A stretch of DNA of 64,000 nt from a virus, in IMG/VR virus record IMGVR_UViG_3300039106_000244, positions 32,001-96,000 of that record; one strand, written 5' to 3'. Made by a program: the position numbers and the translations under genes. Under the pieces are notes generated by a model. It saw only the letters and a program-made list of their open reading frames with translations. It made no database searches and was not told the DNA's origin. Each line of letters starts with the position of its first letter. Positions within the stretch are counted from its first letter, which is position 1. Below, in pieces: positions 58,395-64,000 of the stretch.

Positions 58395-59495
58395 ATGTTA
58401 ACAGCTATCAAGCCATTGTTAGATAGTGGCATCATTAACGAAGATACTCAAGCAGCTATTACTGAAGCTTGGGAATCACAAATTAATGAAGCTCGTGAAA
58501 CTGTTCGTGCAGAATTGCGCGAAGAATTCGCTAGCCGCTATGAACATGACAAAAATGTTATGGTTGAAGCTCTAGACAAAATGGTTACTGAAAGTCTTAC
58601 TGCCGAACTTAATGAGTTCGCTAGTGAGAAACAAGCTCTTGCAGAAGACCGCGTGAAATTTAAACGTCATATGGTCGAAAGCGCAAGCAAATTTAATAAC
58701 TTTTTAGTTAGTAAATTAGCAGAAGAAATCAAAGAATTACGTTCAGATCGCAAAGTTCAAACTGAAGCAACTGCTAAGTTAGAAAAATTTGTTATCAAAG
58801 CGTTAGCTGAAGAAATCAAAGAGTTCGATGCTGACAAGAAAGCAGTAGTTGAAACTAAAGTTAAACTAGTAGCAGAAGCTAAACAAAAATTAGCTAAACT
58901 ACAAGAAGCTTTTGTTACACGTTCAGCTAAACTTGTTAAAGAATCAGTAGCACAAAATCTAGGCACAGAACTGACACAATTAAAAGAAGATATCCAATCT
59001 GCTCGTGAGAACATGTTTGGTCGTCGCTTATTCGAAGCATTTGCTAGCGAATTCTCAGTAACTCATTTAAATGAGAACAAAGAAATTGCTAAATTGCATC
59101 AAACTATTGCAGCTGTTAAAGCTGATTTAGCTGAAAGCAAAAAAGTAATTGCACAAAAACAAGCATTAGTTGAGTCAAAAGACCGTGAAGTAAAAGTAAT
59201 TGTTGAAAGTGCTACCCGTAAGGAAACACTTAATGGATTACTAAAAACGTTAAACACAGAGAAAGCAAGCGTAATGGCTAGTTTACTCGAAGGTGTGCAA
59301 ACAGCAAAATTGCAATCTGCATACGACAAGTATCTACCAGCAGTTTTAAACAACTCACAAGCACCAGTAAAGGCTGAAAAGTCTGTACTAGCTGAGAGTC
59401 GTGTAGAAGTAACTGGTGATAAATCTGCTAAAACAACTATTTCAGAATCCAACAACAACGTTGTTGAACTAAAACGTTTAGCAGGGCTAAAGTAA
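58395..59495 (+). CDS. gp22: Prohead scaffold/core protein (T4 gp22-like)
   Basis: E/K/A-rich coiled coil between protease and capsid; GRRLFEAF. Confidence 0.8.
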   Translation: MLTAIKPLLDSGIINEDTQAAITEAWESQINEARETVRAELREEFASRYEHDKNVMVEALDKMVTESLTAELNEFASEKQALAEDRVKFKRHMVESASKFNNFLVSKLAEEIKELRSDRKVQTEATAKLEKFVIKALAEEIKEFDADKKAVVETKVKLVAEAKQKLAKLQEAFVTRSAKLVKESVAQNLGTELTQLKEDIQSARENMFGRRLFEAFASEFSVTHLNENKEIAKLHQTIAAVKADLAESKKVIAQKQALVESKDREVKVIVESATRKETLNGLLKTLNTEKASVMASLLEGVQTAKLQSAYDKYLPAVLNNSQAPVKAEKSVLAESRVEVTGDKSAKTTISESNNNVVELKRLAGLK

Positions 59496-59525
59496 TACAA
59501 AACTTATAAAAGGAAAATAAAGAAA

Positions 59526-60701
59526 ATGACAACCCAACTATTAGAAGGCCGTTGGAACGAAACTAAGGATGCCCTGTTAGAAGGTCTACAAGGTTCAAAA
59601 CGTTCTACTATGGCTGTAATTTTAGAAAACACACGTAAGCATTTGACAGAAAACGCAACAGCTGGTGCTACAGCAGTAGGTAACGTAGCAACATTAAATC
59701 GCGTAATTCTTCCAGTGATTCGTCGTGTAATGCCAACAGTTATTGCAAATGAAATCGTTGGTGTACAACCAATGACAGGTCCAGTTGCACAAATCCATAC
59801 ATTACGTGTACGTTACGCTGATAGCGTTTCTGCAGGTACTTCTGGTGCTGATGCAGCAGTTGCTGGCGGTGAAGCTCTATCACCATTCAACATTGCAACA
59901 ACATACTCAGGTGCATCAACTGGTAAAGCTACTTCAACAGCTTCATTAGAAGGTGTTGCTGGTAACCGTATCAATGTACAAATCTTGAAACAAGTTGTTG
60001 AAGCTAAAACACGTAAACTAAGCGCACGTTGGACTTTTGAGGCAGCTCAAGATGCACAATCAATGCACGGTTTAGATGTTGAAGCAGAAATCATGGCAGC
60101 TTTAGCACAAGAAATTACTGTTGAAATCGATCAAGAAGTTTTAGCTTCATTAACATCATTAGCTTCAACAGCTTCTGACAACTACAACCAAGCTACTGTT
60201 TCTGGTACTGCTACATTCGTTGGTGACGAACACGCTGCTTTAGCTGTTTTAATCAACCGTTCTGCTAACAAAATTGCACAACGTACACGTCGTGGCGCTG
60301 GTAACTGGGCAGTTGTAAGTCCATCAGCTTTAACAGTGTTACAATCTGCAACTACTTCAGCTTTTGCTCGTAGTACAGAAGGTACATTTGAAGCTCCTAC
60401 AAACACTAAATTCGTTGGTACTTTAAACAGTGCTATGAAAGTTTATGTTAACACATACGCTTCAAACGACACAGTGTTAGTTGGTTACAAAGGTTCTTCA
60501 GAATCAGACGCAGCAGCGTTTTACTGCCCATACGTTCCATTAATGAGTTCTGGTGTTGTGTTAGATCCATCAACATTCGAACCAGTAGTGGGCTTTATGA
60601 CACGTTATGGTTATGTTGAATTAAGTAACACTGCATCATCTCTTGGTAATGCAGCTGATTACTTAGAAAAAATCACAGTAGCAAATCTATCATTCCAATA
60701 A
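59526..60701 (+). CDS. gp23: Major capsid protein (T4 gp23)
   Basis: RRVMP..IANEIVGVQPMTGP, AKTRKL.ARWT.EAAQD, TRRGAGN, FYCPYVPL, TRYG. Confidence 0.97.
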   Translation: MTTQLLEGRWNETKDALLEGLQGSKRSTMAVILENTRKHLTENATAGATAVGNVATLNRVILPVIRRVMPTVIANEIVGVQPMTGPVAQIHTLRVRYADSVSAGTSGADAAVAGGEALSPFNIATTYSGASTGKATSTASLEGVAGNRINVQILKQVVEAKTRKLSARWTFEAAQDAQSMHGLDVEAEIMAALAQEITVEIDQEVLASLTSLASTASDNYNQATVSGTATFVGDEHAALAVLINRSANKIAQRTRRGAGNWAVVSPSALTVLQSATTSAFARSTEGTFEAPTNTKFVGTLNSAMKVYVNTYASNDTVLVGYKGSSESDAAAFYCPYVPLMSSGVVLDPSTFEPVVGFMTRYGYVELSNTASSLGNAADYLEKITVANLSFQ

Positions 60702-60727
60702 GATTTATTTCTTAAAGGTATTATAAT

Positions 60728-60753
60728 AAAAAAGCCCCGCAAGGGGCTTTTTT
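60728..60753. terminator. Bidirectional intrinsic terminator
   Basis: AAAAAA GCCCC GCAA GGGGC TTTTTT between convergent genes. Confidence 0.9.
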
Positions 60754-60761
60754 GTTGACTG

Positions 60762-61337
60762 TCAATCTTCCTCATACCAATCATCATCGTCTTCGTCGTA
60801 ATAACGTTCATCTATGTAACTTCCTTTCTTATCATAGTCTTGATAGTATGCTTCGTTTGGTGTCATGATACGGAACTTACCCGCATACTTCATAGCCGCT
60901 ATAGTTACTTCGTATTTGTCTAATAAGTCGCATACAATAAAGCTACTGCCACATCCACCTACTATACGCTTAATAGGACTGTACTTAAATTCATCTGCTT
61001 GTAAAGCTCGATGAAATTCACCTCCGCCGTTGGCAATGATACGAGCATGTACTATTTTAGGGTGTGGTAAGTTACGGTCTAAAAATTTAAGTTTAGAGAT
61101 AGTAGCATTGTTATCCGAGTCAATAACAAGTTTACACTTTTTAAATTTTAGGGAACCTTTTGTGTGCGGATTGTCACTTGTCTCCTTTGTGCTCCAAGGA
61201 ATATTAGCATCCACGTGGTTGACATATAGAGTTACCCCATGTGCTTTGAGAACCCACATAGGAATTGTTGGGTCTTCGAGGTGCTTTTTGTTGAAATGAA
61301 AAACTAGGTCTTTTACTTGATATTCAATCTATAACAT
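60762..61337 (-). CDS. Hypothetical protein (191 codons) with in-frame TAG at codon 3: ML*IEYQVKDLVFHFNKKHLEDPTIPMWVLKAHG...
   Basis: SD TAAGGA, 7 nt, then ATG TTA TAG, in frame with the tracked ORF 60762-61259, whose ATG has no SD. Confidence 0.7.
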
Positions 61338-61368
61338 TTTAATTTCCTTATAAAAAAGTATTTAGTTA

Positions 61369-61442
61369 TGGTGCGTTAGGTGGGATTCAAACCCACTATC
61401 TTCGGCTTTAGAGACCGTTGCTAGTCGTATAGCTTCTAACGC
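61369..61442 (-). tRNA. Atypical tRNA with CUA anticodon (amber suppressor-type)
   Basis: GCGTTAG-AA-GCTA TACGAC TAGC-A-ACGGT CTCTAAA GCCGA-AGATA-GTGGG TTTGAAT CCCAC-CTAACGC-A-CCA: complete cloverleaf with encoded CCA. Confidence 0.85.
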
Positions 61443-61446
61443 AATA

Positions 61447-61480
61447 TATTTATATTAACATTAATAATACACAAAGTCAA
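61447..61480 (-). promoter_or_regulatory. Promoter(s) for the tRNA: late TATAAATA box and possible sigma70 TTGACT-N17-TAATAT
   Basis: TATAAATA at 61447-61454, 4 nt from the tRNA 5' end; TTGACT at 61475-61480. Confidence 0.6.
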
Positions 61481-61498
61481 CCAATACTAAATATTTTA

Positions 61499-62599
61499 AT
61501 GAAATTATACGATTGGAAGTTAGATGAAATATCAATAGATTGTGATACGTCGGCTAGATTAGTATCATATCAAGGTCAGATATTTCGAGATCTATTTTAT
61601 AAAATTAATTTAGATTGTGATATATGTTTCTTAGACCCTGGGTTAAAAGATGTTTGTTTTAATGATAATGATATTATAACTACTGCAACTAATATTAATA
61701 ATTCAAATATTAATATGATTGTCTATTTAATGTGTGATCATAACTGGATGAGTCCGACCCATTGTAATTTAGATGCTAGTACGCACAAATTATTATCATT
61801 AATAACTAAACCAACAATTCACATAGTATGGGATTATTTTTCGGAATTAACAAGTCAGCAGATAAGATATCCAATTTGGACTACAATGTGTGCCAAGCGG
61901 CAAATACACCAAACTAATTTATCCTTGCCGAGAAAATATTTATATTCGTGTTTATCAAATATAGTTAAACCATTTCGTATTATTAATTTATTGGAATTTC
62001 AAAAATCTGCGTATTATAATAAATCATTAATAACATTTAATGCACCAACGGGTGCGCTATATAATGAGTTATCGAGTTACGGAATGCAATATGTTACTCA
62101 ATTTGAAGATATTATACCATTATTGCCAATTAATACCGCAAGCTCAATAACTGACATTGCATTAGTTAGCGTAGTTAACAATGAGGTTATATATGATTAT
62201 AGCGGAAGTGCCTATCAAAATACTTATGTAAACATAATATTAGAAACTGGATATACAGATAAATTTTTTAGCGAAAAAACATTTAAACCTATACTTGCTA
62301 ATCAATTTTTTGTGATTATTGCAGGGAAAGGTGCGGTAGCTGTACTTAGAGAATTAGGATTTGATACATATGATGATATAATTGATCATCGTAGATATGA
62401 TAACTCACCTGACAATACACGAATACAAGATGTACATACATTATTGCATGATATGCAACATTATAATTGGGAACAAATATATAAAGATACCGTAGAACGA
62501 CGTGAGAAAAATAGACAACTTCTATTAAACTTAACATTTGAAAAAAACTTTATAACAGAATTAACACATATAATAGAGACAATTGTTAAACCTACATAA
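61499..62599 (+). CDS. Putative glycosyltransferase (GT10-like C-terminal motif), orphan paralog of the left-hand cluster
   Basis: SCLS..KPFR, NIILET..FFSEKTFKPI..LRELGFDTYDDIIDH..YD. Confidence 0.55.
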   Translation: MKLYDWKLDEISIDCDTSARLVSYQGQIFRDLFYKINLDCDICFLDPGLKDVCFNDNDIITTATNINNSNINMIVYLMCDHNWMSPTHCNLDASTHKLLSLITKPTIHIVWDYFSELTSQQIRYPIWTTMCAKRQIHQTNLSLPRKYLYSCLSNIVKPFRIINLLEFQKSAYYNKSLITFNAPTGALYNELSSYGMQYVTQFEDIIPLLPINTASSITDIALVSVVNNEVIYDYSGSAYQNTYVNIILETGYTDKFFSEKTFKPILANQFFVIIAGKGAVAVLRELGFDTYDDIIDHRRYDNSPDNTRIQDVHTLLHDMQHYNWEQIYKDTVERREKNRQLLLNLTFEKNFITELTHIIETIVKPT

Positions 62600-62684
62600 A
62601 TACTATAGTTCGCTCTTGAATGAGAGTTTATGCAGTACCCCACTGCGTAGGCGTTAGAACGCTAAATTAAACAAGGAGAAACAA
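62597..62684 (+). promoter_or_regulatory. TAAATA box plus three-hairpin 5' leader
   Basis: CTCT/AGAG, TATGCAGT/ACTGCGTA and GCGTT/AACGC stems, then SD AAGGAG. Confidence 0.55.
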
Positions 62685-63626
62685 ATGGGACGTCCTATTA
62701 AGAAAAAGTTTTTTGGTACAGATATTGTTAATGATGGGTTAACATACAGTGCCGCAGGTGGTGAAGGTATTGCAAGTATTACGTACACAGCTCGTGGTAC
62801 AAACTACTCACAAGGGCTAACAGCTACAGTAGCAGTTAGTCCAATTGGTGGTACACGTGCAGTTCTTACACCAATTGCAGTATTTACAGCAAACGGTGCA
62901 ATCAATAGTGCAACTATTGCTACAGCAGGTACAGGCTATACTGCAGCACCAGTAATTACTTTAGTTAAACCAGCAAACGTAGTAGTTACAGGTAGTACAT
63001 TCGCAGCAGGTAATGTTTTAACAGTTTCAAGCACAACAGGTTTATATGTTGGTATGGCGGCAAACACAGGTTTTGCAGCTACAACTAAAATCTCGTCAAT
63101 TGGAACAGGTAATGTTACAATGAGTGCTGCTAACACTGGTTCAACTTCAACAACTATCAGCTTTGGTGATATTGGTACAACAGGTTCATTAACAGCAGTT
63201 CTTGCAGCAGTTAACGTTACAGCAAACACAATCCAAGCCAACGCATGGATTAACGGTGGTACAATTGGTTCGCAAGCTGATATTGTTTCACAACGTTCAT
63301 CACGTCGTTATAGAGTTACAAATGCAGATGGTACTGGTGTAGCTCGATTAGTTCCAACTGGTGTTAACGGTGTTAATAGCCCAACAGTAGCGCAAGTTGT
63401 TGCCGCAGGCGGTCCAACTGCTACAGGTGAAATGACACTTCTTGCAACTGATAGTGCTGGTGGTGTATATCTAGTTGGTAAACTTGAATCACGTACATGT
63501 TTAGTATATCCAGCTGCAATTGGCGGAAGTGCTGGTACACAATTTGCTGCGAACTCGCATGTAACTTGGACTTCAACTGGAACAGCAACAGTAAACGTAA
63601 GCGTTAAACTTAAAACAAACGACTAA
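62685..63626 (+). CDS. Virion structural protein (T/A/G/V-rich, head-decoration or fibre-like)
   Basis: MGRPIKKKFFG start; GTGYTAAP repeat; strong SD and terminator; follows the capsid gene. Confidence 0.6.
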   Translation: MGRPIKKKFFGTDIVNDGLTYSAAGGEGIASITYTARGTNYSQGLTATVAVSPIGGTRAVLTPIAVFTANGAINSATIATAGTGYTAAPVITLVKPANVVVTGSTFAAGNVLTVSSTTGLYVGMAANTGFAATTKISSIGTGNVTMSAANTGSTSTTISFGDIGTTGSLTAVLAAVNVTANTIQANAWINGGTIGSQADIVSQRSSRRYRVTNADGTGVARLVPTGVNGVNSPTVAQVVAAGGPTATGEMTLLATDSAGGVYLVGKLESRTCLVYPAAIGGSAGTQFAANSHVTWTSTGTATVNVSVKLKTND

Positions 63627-63639
63627 TTATCTTAGTTTT

Positions 63640-63668
63640 AAAATAGCATCTTCGGATGCTATTTTTTT
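63640..63668 (+). terminator. Intrinsic terminator with cUUCGg loop
   Basis: AAAATAGCATC TTCG GATGCTATTTT TTT. Confidence 0.9.
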
Positions 63669-63718
63669 GACTATACTATCTACAATGTAGCATAAATAAT
63701 AGAAACTAGGATATTTAA

Positions 63719-64000
63719 ATGGCCGCTGTTAAAAGACTTAATACCTCGTATACGATTGATACCACCGATGTTTACATCACTGGTAACTTAACGGTACAAG
63801 GAGCACAAACTACAATTTCAACCACTAACATGGCAATCAAGGATAATATTGTTGTCCTGAATGAAGGTGAAGCAGGCGCCGGAGTAACATTAGGTACTGC
63901 TGGTATGCTAATTAATCGTGGGTCAGCAACTAACGTTGCTATACGATGGACTGAAACAAATGGTGGATCGTGGCAAATTTCAAATGCGGCAGGCACATTT
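63719..64000 (+). CDS. Structural protein, truncated by window end (MAAVKRLNTSYTIDTTDVYITGNLTVQG...)
   Basis: Hand translation, open to the edge; GNLTVQG..KDNIVVLN.GE.G.G motif; TAAATA box and SD upstream. Confidence 0.75.
   Translation, partial: MAAVKRLNTSYTIDTTDVYITGNLTVQGAQTTISTTNMAIKDNIVVLNEGEAGAGVTLGTAGMLINRGSATNVAIRWTETNGGSWQISNAAGTF

Noticed and set aside
1-64000. Genome-wide TAG reassignment (genetic code 15-like)
   Set aside because: Very long genes (4149, 1127 and 1011 codons) contain no internal TAG, and several TAG stops are followed within a few codons by TAA. Only one clear internal TAG was found.

Overview
AT-rich segment of a large T4-like (myovirus) phage genome. From left to right: (1) a ~17 kb minus-strand operon of modification enzymes (five radical-SAM genes carrying six CxxxCxxC domains, several glycosyltransferase-like proteins, an SGNH and a sulfotransferase-like protein). 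It sits behind a perfect sigma70 promoter and is interrupted by an inverted GIY-YIG homing endonuclease. (2) Tail-fibre and baseplate genes, including a 4149-aa giant, gp6, gp25, gp5 and gp53. (3) gp55, gp47, gp46, an Hc1-like protein, a GIY-YIG nuclease, a ~560-nt structured non-coding RNA candidate and an HNH endonuclease. (4) A gp26-like chaperone with a -1 frameshift extension, tape measure, portal, protease, scaffold and major capsid. The most striking observation is an atypical tRNA with a CUA (amber) anticodon at 61369-61442 (-). It lies 31 nt upstream of a gene that begins SD-ATG-TTA-TAG and stays open for 191 codons, which suggests an amber-gated gene in a genome that otherwise uses the standard code. 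Two pairs of structural genes are also joined in frame across TAG stops. All calls come from reading motifs by eye; no searches were run.
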